Positions 42,479-52,633 of a DNA stretch of 64,000 nt are shown in pieces. This DNA is from Endomicrobiales bacterium (GTDB taxonomy: Bacteria > Elusimicrobiota > Endomicrobiia > Endomicrobiales > JALOBY01). The translations under genes were made by a program, and so were the position numbers. Below the pieces are notes generated by a model that saw only the letters and a program-made list of their open reading frames with translations, was not told the DNA's origin and did no database searches. Location of the stretch: contig CAWCNJ010000005.1 in the NCBI GenBank assembly GCA_963796955.1, positions 200,598 to 264,597 of the forward strand, in the 5' to 3' direction. The first letter of the stretch is position 1. Each line of letters starts with the position of its first letter.

Positions 42479-42532
42479 GTCAGGGAAATACGGTTATACA
42501 TCATTGCGGCGGTTATTCCGGTGTGCCATAAT
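42479..42532 (+). promoter_or_regulatory. GTCA-N44-(-10) promoter
   Basis: GTCAGGGAAATACGGTT..TGC CATAAT. Confidence 0.65.
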
Positions 42533-42561
42533 GGACTCAACGTTGTTTAAAGGAGGCATGT

Positions 42562-43002
42562 ATGGATAACACACAGATGCTGGACAAACTGGGCTCGCTT
42601 ATCGAGCTTGATTCATCGGCTATACGCGGCTACGATCAGGCCATAGAAAAGATAGATCAGGAGGATATCCGCACAGAGCTGGCTTCCTTCAGGGATGATC
42701 ACAAACTGCATGTGCAGGAACTCTCTCTCGTGGTTCGCGGCCTGGGCGGGGAGGTGCCCACCGCCCCGGTGCAGGGCGCTCTGGTCTCCATGTTCACCGC
42801 TTTGCGCAGCGTGACCGGCACGAAGGGCGCTCTTGAAGCCATGTACACCAACGAGAAAATGACCAACAAAAAGTACGCCGAAGCGACGCTGCTTGATTTT
42901 CCCGTGGAAGTAAAAAAAATAGTTCTCAAGAATTACGAAGATGAAAAACGCCACCTGGCGTATGTGGAGTCAGCGCTGGAACTTGCGCCGCTGGCAAAAT
43001 AA
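42562..43002 (+). CDS. Ferritin-like DUF2383-type protein
   Basis: YDQAI, DH..H, NE..TN, DEKRH; terminator at 43021-43065. Confidence 0.85.
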   Translation: MDNTQMLDKLGSLIELDSSAIRGYDQAIEKIDQEDIRTELASFRDDHKLHVQELSLVVRGLGGEVPTAPVQGALVSMFTALRSVTGTKGALEAMYTNEKMTNKKYAEATLLDFPVEVKKIVLKNYEDEKRHLAYVESALELAPLAK

Positions 43003-43089
43003 GCGAAAAGATACATTATCAACCGCCCGGGTATCGTCAATAGGCGATGGCCGGGCGGTTTTTTTACCGTTTTGTGTTTGATAAGAAAA

Positions 43090-43143
43090 GTCAATGTATG
43101 GCGAACAGGTGCTATCAAACTCCCGGTGATAAAAATACATAAT
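43090..43143 (+). promoter_or_regulatory. GTCA-N44-(-10) promoter
   Basis: GTCAATGTATGGCGAAC..CATAAT. Confidence 0.55.
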
Positions 43144-43171
43144 GACACAATACCAATTCGGGGGGATTACC

Positions 43172-44734
43172 ATGCAGACAATTTACGAAAGTTTAAAAGG
43201 CGGCTTAAAGCCTTTCAGCGATCTGGTCTTGAGCCTGGGCAAAAAGCGGGAGGCGGCGCAGGAATCGCTCTTTGAGAAGATCAGCTCTTTTATGCTGGAT
43301 AAGGATTCGGGGCGCAATTTGCTGTTGAAGGTTATAGAGAAAAACGTGGAGAAGCTGTTCCGGGAAGCGAACGAATCGGGCATCGGGTATATTGCGGATG
43401 TAAAAACGCAATACGCCGTCTCTCTGGCGCGTCGGATAAAACACAATCTGGACAGGGGCATCATATCTAAAACGTACATGAAAAGTATAATGAAAACGCT
43501 GTACTACGGTCTTTTTTACAACAATAAAGAGTCGCTGGACTACAAGAAGACCTACGGCACGCTGCCGCCGGCATTTGTCACTATCTCGCCGACACACCGC
43601 TGCAATTTGAACTGCGACGGCTGTTACGCGGCAAGCACGGACAAAACGGTTTCATCGCTGCCCTACAAGGTAGTGGACCGTCTGGTAAATGAAATGCACG
43701 ACCTTATGGGGTCGCGCTTCATAGTGTTCAGCGGCGGGGAGCCGTTCTTCTGGAAAGATGAGGGCAAGGGGATCATTGATATCGCCGAAAGCCATCCCGA
43801 CATGTTCTTTATGGTGTACACTAACGGCCTGCTGTTGAATGAAGAGACGATAAAGCGCCTGACGACCACCGCCAATCTCAGCCCCTCCATTTCAATAGAG
43901 GGTTACGGGGACCTGACCGACGCGCGCAGAGGCGCAGGCACGTATGCGAAAATAATGCAGACAACGGAGCTCATGAAAAAATACGGCTTTCCATTCGGTC
44001 TGTCGGTGACCGCCTCGAAAAAGAATATCGAGCTGCTGCTGGAGGACTCGTTCTACGAACATTTTTATGAGACGGTAGGCGCCACGTATATGTGGATGTT
44101 CCAGTATATGCCGATAGGAAGGGCGAAAGATACGATCGACCTGATGCTGACGCCCGAACAGCGGGTCAACCTGCTGAAGAAATGGGAACACCTGCTGTTC
44201 GATAAATCCTATTTCGTCGCCGATTTCTGGAACTCCGGGGCCGGCAGCGACGGCTGCATCGCCTACGGCAGGCGCGGCGGATATTTTCATGTGAACTGGA
44301 AAGGCAACATTTCGCCCTGCGTCTTTATGCCGTACTGGAAAGATAATATCTACGACCTCTACCGGGACGGCAAAACCATAAAGGACGCCCTCTTCAGCGA
44401 TTATTTTGTGCGGGGCCGGGAATGGCAAAAGACAAAAAATATCTTTACGCCGCAGGCGGACAACCACTTCGCGCCCTGTTCCATACGCGATCATCACGCG
44501 CAGTTCAGGAAAGACATATTGGCTGCCGATATTAAGCCCGACGACGCGAACGCCGGCGCCGCCCTGCAGGATCCCGAATATTATGAAAAACTTACCCGGT
44601 ACGGCACAGAGATCGGACGTCTTACCTTCCCGCTCTGGCAAAAGCGCGTAGGGCCGCAAGCCGGTCTCCGGAGCGTTGCGGACACTGGAACGCAACCGGT
44701 CGCCGTTGCCGCAACGGAAGCAAGCGGATCATGA
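43172..44734 (+). CDS. Radical SAM protein with SPASM/twitch-like C-terminus
   Basis: CNLNCDGC, SGGEP, TNG, GCIA..G.I.PC. Confidence 0.93.
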   Translation: MQTIYESLKGGLKPFSDLVLSLGKKREAAQESLFEKISSFMLDKDSGRNLLLKVIEKNVEKLFREANESGIGYIADVKTQYAVSLARRIKHNLDRGIISKTYMKSIMKTLYYGLFYNNKESLDYKKTYGTLPPAFVTISPTHRCNLNCDGCYAASTDKTVSSLPYKVVDRLVNEMHDLMGSRFIVFSGGEPFFWKDEGKGIIDIAESHPDMFFMVYTNGLLLNEETIKRLTTTANLSPSISIEGYGDLTDARRGAGTYAKIMQTTELMKKYGFPFGLSVTASKKNIELLLEDSFYEHFYETVGATYMWMFQYMPIGRAKDTIDLMLTPEQRVNLLKKWEHLLFDKSYFVADFWNSGAGSDGCIAYGRRGGYFHVNWKGNISPCVFMPYWKDNIYDLYRDGKTIKDALFSDYFVRGREWQKTKNIFTPQADNHFAPCSIRDHHAQFRKDILAADIKPDDANAGAALQDPEYYEKLTRYGTEIGRLTFPLWQKRVGPQAGLRSVADTGTQPVAVAATEASGS

Positions 44735-46119
44735 GAATATTACTTGTCTATCCAAAGACCACCGTTCTTTACAAGGCGTTCAGCATCGATATTCCGCCGC
44801 TCGGGTTGCTGTATGTCGCCGGTAATTTAAGACAGCACGGCCACATTGTCTCTATCCTCGATGAAAATGTGAACGGCCCGGTGGAGCAAAACGATATGGC
44901 ACAATACGACGTGATAGGTCTGGGCCCCAGTACCTGCTGTTACAACAGGGCGCTTACCATAGCGGCACGGGCCAAGGAAATGAAAAAGTTCGTCATGATG
45001 GGCGGTTTTCACGCCACCTTCATGGATGAGGAAACGCTCAGGACCGGTTTTGTGGATGCCGTGGTGCGGGGAGAGGGGGAAGTGACATCCGCGGCGCTGG
45101 CTGACACGCTGGCGGGCGGCGAAGATATCGGCACCGTTCTAGGAGTCAGTTATCTGAACGGGAATACCCTGGTCAGAACGCCGGACCGCCCCGTGCTGGA
45201 GGACCTGGATTCGATCCCCTACCCTGCCCGGGACCTGATAGATATTTCCAAATACCGGCTTTTCCTGGAAGGGAAACCCGTGACGCCGTTCTCCACCTCC
45301 CGGGGCTGCTCGCACGACTGTCATTTCTGCGCCGCGACAAAATTCAACGCACGGCGTTGGCGGGCGCGCCGGCCGGAACTGGTAGTGGATGAGATGGAAT
45401 ACGCGCTTAACAAGCGTCAGGGCGAAGGTTTTATCATAACCGACGATAATTTTACCGTCAACCCCAAACGGGTCAGGGAGATCTGCGGCCTGATACGCTC
45501 ACGGGGCCTGCATATTCCCTGGTGGTGCATGTCGCGCACGGACGTGCTGGTGAACAACCGCGACATAGTGAAAAATATGGCGGACGCCGGCTGCAAGACG
45601 GTATTCCTGGGGATAGAAAGCGGCAAGGAGGATGTGCTCTCCGATATGAACAAGCGGGCGACGACGGCCATGGCCAGGGAAGCGGTGGATATTCTGAACG
45701 ACGCCGGCATCGGGGCGTACGGCAGCTTTATTATGGGCGACATACGCGAAACAGCGGCGGATATTAAAAAAACGATAGCGTTCAGTAAAAGCCTGAAGCT
45801 GGAGGTCGCGCAATTCTCTATTATTACGCCCTTCCCGGGCACCGAACTGTACAAAAACGTCAAGGACAGGATCAGTGACACCAACTGGGACCATTATGAG
45901 GGGCTGCACAGCGTTATCAGACTGGATACCCTGTCGAAGAAGAAAGTTGAGAATCTTCTGCTGAAAGCCTACCTGGGTTTTTATCTGCGGCCCAGGATAC
46001 TGTGGTTGATATTCAAGAATATCATCGTGCGCAACAGATCCCTGAAGGTGATCTGGACTCTCAGCTCCGCATTCCTCAAACGCATCTTTAAGGACACCGC
46101 GCCCGTTACCGCCAAATAG
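44731..46119 (+). CDS. B12-binding radical SAM protein
   Basis: PPLGL, GG.H.T, GEGE, SRGC...C.FC, GIES. Confidence 0.93.
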   Translation: MRILLVYPKTTVLYKAFSIDIPPLGLLYVAGNLRQHGHIVSILDENVNGPVEQNDMAQYDVIGLGPSTCCYNRALTIAARAKEMKKFVMMGGFHATFMDEETLRTGFVDAVVRGEGEVTSAALADTLAGGEDIGTVLGVSYLNGNTLVRTPDRPVLEDLDSIPYPARDLIDISKYRLFLEGKPVTPFSTSRGCSHDCHFCAATKFNARRWRARRPELVVDEMEYALNKRQGEGFIITDDNFTVNPKRVREICGLIRSRGLHIPWWCMSRTDVLVNNRDIVKNMADAGCKTVFLGIESGKEDVLSDMNKRATTAMAREAVDILNDAGIGAYGSFIMGDIRETAADIKKTIAFSKSLKLEVAQFSIITPFPGTELYKNVKDRISDTNWDHYEGLHSVIRLDTLSKKKVENLLLKAYLGFYLRPRILWLIFKNIIVRNRSLKVIWTLSSAFLKRIFKDTAPVTAK

Positions 46120-46146
46120 AATGTTCTGGTAAAGAAAGGAGAGTGT

Positions 46147-46605
46147 ATGACCGTAAAAACCGAAGAGCTTAACAGGATGCTGGTACTGCAGGAGATGGGT
46201 CAGGTGGAAGACTCGGCGTCCTATCTTGCCGATGATTTTAAATTTTCAGGGCCCGTGCCGGAACCGCTGAATAAAAATCAATTCGTCTCGCTTATGACGG
46301 GTCTTACGACCGCGCTGCCCGATTGGCGATTCAATCATGTCTTTCTGGAAGACCGGGGCGATACGGTACGCATGAAAATACGGGTTACCGGCACCAATCT
46401 TGGTTTGATAAGCCTGCCCCAGCTCGGCCTTGCTTCTCTGGCGCCTACGCGTAAAAGGGTCGCGCTGCCGGATGAACCGGTTGAAATAGTATTCCGGAAC
46501 GAAAAGATAATTTCTATCAAGATCACGCCCGTGGACGGCGGCGGTATCCGCGGCTTATTCGATCAATTGGGGATAGAGCTGCCCGCACCGGCCATGGCGA
46601 GATAG
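46147..46605 (+). CDS. SnoaL-like/ester cyclase (NTF2 fold)
   Basis: LADDF, A.PD, TGT, PT.K.V, QLG. Confidence 0.75.
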   Translation: MTVKTEELNRMLVLQEMGQVEDSASYLADDFKFSGPVPEPLNKNQFVSLMTGLTTALPDWRFNHVFLEDRGDTVRMKIRVTGTNLGLISLPQLGLASLAPTRKRVALPDEPVEIVFRNEKIISIKITPVDGGGIRGLFDQLGIELPAPAMAR

Positions 46606-46624
46606 TACACCAGCGGGGAATCAA

Positions 46625-46678
46625 GTTACTGAATTGCGAATACAGGCAATTTGCTCTCGGGTCCGATAATGGTATCGT
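46625..46678 (+). promoter_or_regulatory. GTTA-N44-(-10) promoter
   Basis: GTTACTGAATTGCGAAT..TGG TATCGT. Confidence 0.45.
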
Positions 46679-46716
46679 AATTATGCAGTACTATAAAAAG
46701 AAGATGGAGGAACATT

Positions 46717-46968
46717 ATGAAGAGCATGAGGATAGTTATTACGTTGATGCTGTTGGGAGCCGGTTCATTGGGCCTGGCGTATGCCCAATCATCCCAGGAG
46801 GTAATGAAATCTACCGAAACTCAAACTGAGAAGGTAAGCATGACCTCGACCAACGACGCAGGGACGAACAGTTCCGATACGAACACGAACTACGATTCGA
46901 AAACAAGCACGTCCAGTTCGACCGGCACCGGGACGAATACGGACATGGGTACCGGCACCACTAAATAG
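46717..46968 (+). CDS. Secreted Ser/Thr-rich low-complexity protein
   Basis: GGAGG RBS, signal peptide ending AYA; terminator at 46991-47029. Confidence 0.75.
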   Translation: MKSMRIVITLMLLGAGSLGLAYAQSSQEVMKSTETQTEKVSMTSTNDAGTNSSDTNTNYDSKTSTSSSTGTGTNTDMGTGTTK

Positions 46969-47046
46969 TGCGCCGTACCGGTCCAAGAAAAGCCGCCATG
47001 ATAGGTAATATCATGGCGGCTCTTTTTTTGTCCCGGTGCTGCGGTG

Positions 47047-47775
47047 TTACAGCATTATCTTGATACCGATCTCGGCAATGAGACCGCTGAAATCATATTC
47101 AAGCTTGTTGCCGTTCAGATCTTTGACGACCGAATCTTTGGTGACGCCGAGCAAGGTGTTATCTTCCGATGCTTTTTCCTCAGAGACCTTCACATACCGG
47201 TAGCCCGCGTCTATGCCGATGGAGACCGCGCCTGAAAGCCGGTAGTCCCAGCCCAGAAGCGCGTTGCCCGCAAAGCCCGTGCCCTTGCTGTCAACAGAGG
47301 TGTCGAGGCCGAAGGGCGTTGTTACCTTTGTTGTGTTATAGGCCGTGGCGTAGCCGCCGAACAGTCCGGCACTGACGCAGGAATGGTTGGCAAAGCTTGT
47401 GCCGTCTTCATATTTCTTTATGAAGAACCTGCCGCCCACCATTACCGGCAGCGCCCATTGGTCGCTTTTGGTTTCAGCGAACGCGGTTGATATCTTACCG
47501 GTGTTAAGCATCAGATATTCAACCCTTGGTCCTATCGCCCACCGGTCACCGACATGGAACAACAGTTCCGCGGCGGCCGTGCCCGCGTTGTCCGTTTTAT
47601 CCACCGTACCGCCCGTCAGGGAACCGATCTGCTGCTGGGTATCGTTGAACTTGCTCATGTCTACGGTGGCGTATCCGCCCCACAGGCTCAGGCTTATGGT
47701 ACTGGTCTCGTCGGCAACACCCGCGGCGGCAAGCCCCGCTATCAATGCAAATAGTACTATCCATGTTTTTTTCAT
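47047..47775 (-). CDS. Outer-membrane beta-barrel protein
   Basis: Signal peptide, GYR, DFSG terminal strand. Confidence 0.75.
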   Translation of the reverse strand: MKKTWIVLFALIAGLAAAGVADETSTISLSLWGGYATVDMSKFNDTQQQIGSLTGGTVDKTDNAGTAAAELLFHVGDRWAIGPRVEYLMLNTGKISTAFAETKSDQWALPVMVGGRFFIKKYEDGTSFANHSCVSAGLFGGYATAYNTTKVTTPFGLDTSVDSKGTGFAGNALLGWDYRLSGAVSIGIDAGYRYVKVSEEKASEDNTLLGVTKDSVVKDLNGNKLEYDFSGLIAEIGIKIML

Positions 47776-47860
47776 ATAACCTCCCTAGCTTCTTTAAAAG
47801 TACCCGGCAGCAAACCGTGGTTCACCGCCGGGTAAAAGTATCTCCTATCGTTTGTGCCGC

Positions 47861-48301
47861 TTAGCGTACGGCCGAAGGCGTGGCGGTCCTGATGGAATTT
47901 TCAAGATCGTCCATCGCGTTCTCTACGCTCTTTGTGCTTTCAGAGGTAGAGGTCGGCTTCAGGTTGTTCAGCATGCTCTTAACCGAGGTCCTCTTTCCTT
48001 TTAATTCAGCGATGGCCGTATCCATTTTATCGCGCTCGGCGCCCGACATATTATCGGCGTTCTTTTTAAGGGCGTCGATCCTGTTGTCTGCGGCGCTCAG
48101 CCGGTTCTTCATGGTCTCCTTGAATCCGTTGATGTTGGCCGTCCCGGTGCCCGTATCGCCCCAAGACGAGTCCTTGTTCGTCGGTGTTGTCATCGTGTCG
48201 CTGGAACTTTGACCGCTGTAGTTCATCTCCGCTGACGACACTGAAGCCATCAAAGACATCCCAAGGAACAGGTACAGTATAAACGAAGCTGTTTTTTTCA
48301 T
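47861..48301 (-). CDS. Secreted coiled-coil protein, paralog of 51591
   Basis: Signal peptide; FK..K.RL..SVK.ML.NLK..DLEN. Confidence 0.75.
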   Translation of the reverse strand: MKKTASFILYLFLGMSLMASVSSAEMNYSGQSSSDTMTTPTNKDSSWGDTGTGTANINGFKETMKNRLSAADNRIDALKKNADNMSGAERDKMDTAIAELKGKRTSVKSMLNNLKPTSTSESTKSVENAMDDLENSIRTATPSAVR

Positions 48302-48363
48302 TTTTCCTCCGTGCTGCTGGTATTTACATTCGTTCAGGCTTAACGCCTAACGCTGCATGCATA

Positions 48364-48417
48364 ACTGTAGTATATACCGCTGTACTAAGACATTGTCTGT
48401 TTCACCATCACGGTGAC
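48364..48417 (-). promoter_or_regulatory. GTCA-N44-(-10) promoter
   Basis: GTCACCGTGATGGTGAA..TACAGT. Confidence 0.6.
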
Positions 48418-48430
48418 TTAAATTTCCGCC

Positions 48431-48886
48431 TCAAATAATGGCCGGGGCCGGGTGGCGGCTGTAGGTGCCTGTCAGACTTGCCTGCGCGATGATATGACCG
48501 TGCATAGCTTCTTTGAGCGTATCCGTCGCTGTTCCCTCAGGCAGGCCGAGCCTGGTATCAAGCGCGTAAAGGTTGAACACATAGCGGTGCGTCCCTGAAG
48601 GCGGCCGGGGCCCCGAGTAGTTTTTTCTTTTCGCGTCATTAGTGCCCTGAACACCCGGAATACTGTCTTCCGCGATAACGGCGGTCGCGGGTGGAATATC
48701 GAAGACGGTCCAATGGATAAAACTGCCCCCCGGAGCGTCGATATCCTCCATAATAAGGGCAAGGCTTTCGGCTTTCTGCGGTACCCCGGAAATATTCAGA
48801 CATGGATTAACACAGTCTCCTTCTTCATACGAGAATCTTTCGGGCATGGCCTCGTGGTCTTTAAATGCATTTGAAGTTATGTTCAT
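48431..48886 (-). CDS. YbhB/YbcL (PEBP) family protein
   Basis: D.DAP..HW, GP.PP..HRY.F..YALD. Confidence 0.92.
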   Translation of the reverse strand: MNITSNAFKDHEAMPERFSYEEGDCVNPCLNISGVPQKAESLALIMEDIDAPGGSFIHWTVFDIPPATAVIAEDSIPGVQGTNDAKRKNYSGPRPPSGTHRYVFNLYALDTRLGLPEGTATDTLKEAMHGHIIAQASLTGTYSRHPAPAII

Positions 48887-48989
48887 ACGTCCCTCCTTAA
48901 TGGTCTGCTGCAGCGGTCACGCGTGCATTGTAATACTTACATTTTTCTTTCACAAGGCCCGTCCGTGACTTATTTCTTCCTGAATAAAA

Positions 48990-49043
48990 GTCATGTATCC
49001 TGGCAAACCGGCGATTAATTATGGCCTGCGTTAATGGCATAGT
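48990..49043 (+). promoter_or_regulatory. GTCA-N44-(-10) promoter
   Basis: GTCATGTATCCTGGCAA..TGG CATAGT. Confidence 0.55.
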
Positions 49044-49068
49044 AATACCGGCTGCATAAGACCTTTGT

Positions 49069-50040
49069 ATGGAGCATATAGTGAAAAAATTGAACATATT
49101 GACCTGGCATGTGCACGGTAATTACCTATATTATCTAAGCCGGATACCGCACAATGTCTATGTGCCGTATAAGGAGAGCAGGCCGCCGGATTACAGCGGA
49201 AGGCCGCCCGGTTTTAACTGGCCGGACAACCTGCATGAAGTCCCCGCCGAGCAGGTAAAGGAACTGCATTTGGATTGCATATTATTTCAACGGCGTTCCC
49301 AGTACCTGAATGACCAGTACCTGCTGCTGAGCCCCGAGCAACAGCGGCTGCCGAAGATCTATCTTGAGCACGCTGCGGTATGCGAGGTGCTTTCGGCGTG
49401 CGGGGTTAATGTGATCGCCGCCGATGTACAGGCGGAGGCGGCGTTGAAAGTCGCGCAAGAACTGCAGGATAAAGGCGGCTCCGCCCGGGCGGTAACGCTG
49501 GACGTGGGGGACGAAGGGCAGGCGCAAAAAGCCGTGCAGCAGGCGGTAGATGAATTCGGTGCGCTGGATATCCTGATCAATAACGCGGGAGTGGACGTTA
49601 CCTGTTCCATCGACGAGATGACCTGCGCGGATTGGGACAAAATAATCCGCGTCAATCTGCGCGGTCCGTTCGTGATGTCAAAGTACGCCCTTGAGGCGAT
49701 GCGCGCTCAGGGCTCCGGACACATCGTAAATATTTCTTCGACGGCGGCTAAACGGGCCTGGGCGAACGCCTCCGGTTATCATGCCAGCAAATGGGGCCTG
49801 CTGGGTTTCAGCCACGCCCTGCATGTGGAAGCGCGCCCGCACAATATAAAAGTAACGGCGGTGGTCAGCGGCGGCATGCGCACACCTTTTTTGCTGGACC
49901 GCTTCCCCGACATAGACCCGAATAATTTGCAGGACCCGCGCAACGTCGCGGAAACGATCCGTTATGTGCTCAGCCAGCCCGCGGGCACCGTGATCCCCGA
50001 GGTCATGGTGTTGCCCATGCGGGAAACCTCCTGGCCCTGA
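49069..50040 (+). pseudogene. In-frame chimera: glycosyltransferase N-terminus fused to an SDR lacking its TGxxxGxG motif
   Basis: TWHVHGNY..IYLEH, then NNAG and YHASK. Confidence 0.7.
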
Positions 50041-50062
50041 TCCTATAGATAGGAGTGTAATT

Positions 50063-50704
50063 ATGTATACCCTTGGAATAAACGCCGCCTTCCACGATTC
50101 CGCGGCAAGCCTGGTAAAGGACGGTGCGGTGCTGGCCGCAACCGAGGAAGAACGGTTTACCGGTATAAAGCACGGCAAGCGCCCGGTACCGTTCTCCACG
50201 TATGAGCTGCCGTTCCATGCGATAGACCACTGCCTGTCGTACGCCGGTATTTCTATGAGAGAGGTCGACCATGTGGCCTACTCCTACGATCCGGCCCTCA
50301 GGCTGCACGGCCGTCCAGAGACCGTCGTAACACTGCCGCTGCAGCCGAGCGCGCAGGCCGCGCCGGAAGGGTGGGAATCCCCGTGGGACCCTTTGTTCGT
50401 TTCCTCTATCGTGAACGCCCCCCGGCAGCTGGCGGACGGTGCCCCGCATCATCTGGCGGAACGTTTCCGCGGTGTCGATTATAACGGTCCTCAGCGCTGG
50501 CATTTTGTTGATCACCACCGGGCCCACGCCGCAAGCGCCTACCTGCCATCCCCTTTCGACGAAGCGGCGGTGCTCACGCTCGACGGCCGCGGGGAGAACA
50601 TGACCACCGGCTACAGTCTGGGCTCGCAACATACGCTGACCGAACTGGGCAGCGTGCGCATGCCGCACTCCCTGGGGCATCAGCATTGCCCAGCAGAAAA
50701 ATAG
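50063..50704 (+). pseudogene. Truncated carbamoyltransferase (NodU/CmcH N-domain)
   Basis: HDSAA, EEERF, HH.AHA, DGRGE; ends after PHSLG. Confidence 0.85.
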
Positions 50705-51029
50705 CATGTTCAACGCCCTGCTGTACAAAAAGCATCCGGAGCTGTTCCTGGAACGCATACAAGCGCAGCCGCCGCTGCGCTATTACGCGATAATCATGTG
50801 TTTTACGGCGGCACTGGCCGGCGCGTTAGCCGGCAAAACGGAAATAACGCTGGAGTTCGCCCTCGGCTGGCTGGGCCTGACGCTCTTTTTTGTCGTTGAT
50901 CGCCTGACCGGCGCTTCTATTGCGGCGCCTCATATAGTAGAGATGCTCCTTACCTCGCTCGCCGTCCCGTTCCTGTCGGTCTTTTGGCGGCTCTATGGGG
51001 CGGTAAAGTTCAAAGTCGCATATATATAA
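50670..51029 (+). pseudogene. C-terminal remnant of a membrane glycosyltransferase (GT2-like)
   Basis: PWGISIAQQKNSMFNALLYKKHP plus TM tail. Confidence 0.6.
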
Positions 51030-51031
51030 GC

Positions 51032-51511
51032 TCAGCGTCCTGCGCTCTTCACCGGGCTGCCGTATCTGCCCGTCAGGGTCCCTTCGTCCAGCAGGCGGCC
51101 GTTTATCGCATCAAGCAGCTGCCGGTATGTTGCGCCGGGGTTCAGGCCGGTCTTAGAATCCAGCGCGTAGATCTTGAAGACGTATCTGTGCACGCCGCTC
51201 GCCGGATGCGGCCCGCCGTAGCCGATAGCGCCAAAGTCGTTCCTTCCCTGTTTTGTGCCGTCGTTCAATATGCCTGCCGGCGCTATATCTTCCGTTAGCC
51301 GCGCGAGCACCGCAGGGATGTCGTACAGGAGCCAGTGCACCCAGATACCCTTGACAGAATCGGGATCCGTGCAGGTGAGCGCCAGGCTTTTTACGCCGTT
51401 CGCGGGACGGCCCCAGGACAGCGGCGGTGAAATATTCTCGCCGTCGTGCGTGTACTTTTCGGGGATCATCCCATTTTCTTTGAATACCGGGCTGGTAAGT
51501 AGAATGGTCAT
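51032..51511 (-). CDS. YbhB/YbcL (PEBP) family protein
   Basis: DPD..HW, GYGGP.P..HRY.F..YALD. Confidence 0.92.
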   Translation of the reverse strand: MTILLTSPVFKENGMIPEKYTHDGENISPPLSWGRPANGVKSLALTCTDPDSVKGIWVHWLLYDIPAVLARLTEDIAPAGILNDGTKQGRNDFGAIGYGGPHPASGVHRYVFKIYALDSKTGLNPGATYRQLLDAINGRLLDEGTLTGRYGSPVKSAGR

Positions 51512-51590
51512 AGTAGTACCCTCTCTTTTATACATAAAAGAAAACACCGTGCCGTGAGGCGACGGTGTTTTCTTTATGCGTTACGTTAAA

Positions 51591-52151
51591 CTACTGCACC
51601 CTCTGGGTTGCCGGCGTGCCTTTGATCATATTCTCCAGGTCGGTGGTCGCGTCCTCTATCTGCTGGCGATTCGCGGGGCTGGCGTTGGATTTCAAATTGC
51701 CCAGCATTTTCTTTACCGAATCTATCTTGCCTCTGAGCTGGGTGGTCTTGATCTTCATAGTATCCCTGTCGGAGGGTGATAAAGAGCTGGTGTTCTTGTC
51801 CATAGCGTCTACCTGTTCTTTAGCGGTATTGAGCCGTGCCTTAATAGAATCTTTGAAAGCGGTCGTGTTAAGGTTTTGCGAACCGGTGTTCATATCGCCG
51901 GTAGTTGCTGCGGGCTCGGCGGTATTCTCGGCGAGCTGAGCCCCCTGAGCGCCTTGTGTGTTGAAAGAGAAGGTTGACGGATCCATCTGGTAGGCGCCGG
52001 AACTTGCCCCCATATTGTAAGAGCCGCCCTGTCCGCCGGTTGTTCCGGTAGAGCCGGTGTTAGAGTAAGAACCTGCCTGGGCCGCGACGGTGAACATGCC
52101 GCAGCATACCAGTATTACTACATACCCTGCAAATGAACTGAGTTTCTTCAT
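51591..52151 (-). CDS. Secreted coiled-coil protein, paralog of 47861
   Basis: Signal peptide, G/S/T-rich linker, shared C-terminal helices; hairpin at 51541-51571. Confidence 0.75.
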   Translation of the reverse strand: MKKLSSFAGYVVILVCCGMFTVAAQAGSYSNTGSTGTTGGQGGSYNMGASSGAYQMDPSTFSFNTQGAQGAQLAENTAEPAATTGDMNTGSQNLNTTAFKDSIKARLNTAKEQVDAMDKNTSSLSPSDRDTMKIKTTQLRGKIDSVKKMLGNLKSNASPANRQQIEDATTDLENMIKGTPATQRVQ

Positions 52152-52184
52152 AGTGCCTCCTGTGTAACGATTTTTTTAGTCACA

Positions 52185-52370
52185 TCAACTTTTTTTTGGT
52201 GGTGGTGGTACTTTTGCACCTTTTTTCCGTGCCTCTGAAAGACCGATCGCAACCGCCTGCCTGGGGTTGTGCACCGTATGCCCGGATCTACCGCTTTTAA
52301 GTTTTCCCTCCTTGAATTTATGCATGTCTTCCTTGACTACTTCCTGCGCAGCGGGTGCATATCGTGCCAT
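52185..52370 (-). CDS. DUF6496-like small basic protein
   Basis: G.LKSGRSG..V..QAVAIGLSEARKKG. Confidence 0.85.
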   Translation of the reverse strand: MARYAPAAQEVVKEDMHKFKEGKLKSGRSGHTVHNPRQAVAIGLSEARKKGAKVPPPPKKS

Positions 52371-52406
52371 AGTGCCTCCCTGTAACGTAACATGCGCTTA
52401 CGACAC

Positions 52407-52460
52407 TTTTTAGCATTTAGGGTGCACTAAAATAATGGTTGCGTTCCACAATGAACTGAT
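52407..52460 (-). promoter_or_regulatory. ATCA-N44-(-10) promoter
   Basis: ATCAGTTCATTGTGGAA..AAATGC TAAAAA. Confidence 0.6.
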
Positions 52461-52532
52461 GCGTTTTGTAAAAGGCCCGTCGGGCGGCAATAGAGTCAAT
52501 GGAAAGTAGAATCGATCCATGTGCCGGAGGCC

Positions 52533-52628
52533 GCATGGGGCCGCCCCGTTGATATACTGTATCTTCAGGACGGCTCCATGCTGATATCCGACGATAAGGC
52601 AGGAGTCATTTACCGTATCAGTTATTAA
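52533..52628 (+). pseudogene. C-terminal remnant of a glucose/sorbosone dehydrogenase
   Basis: AWGRPVDILYLQDGSMLISDDKAGVIYRISY-stop. Confidence 0.8.
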
Positions 52629-52633
52629 GCAGG

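Noticed and set aside
46717..46968. RiPP precursor for the neighbouring radical SAMs
   Set aside because: Sec-type signal peptide, its own promoter, no recognisable leader family, no RRE or peptidase-transporter nearby
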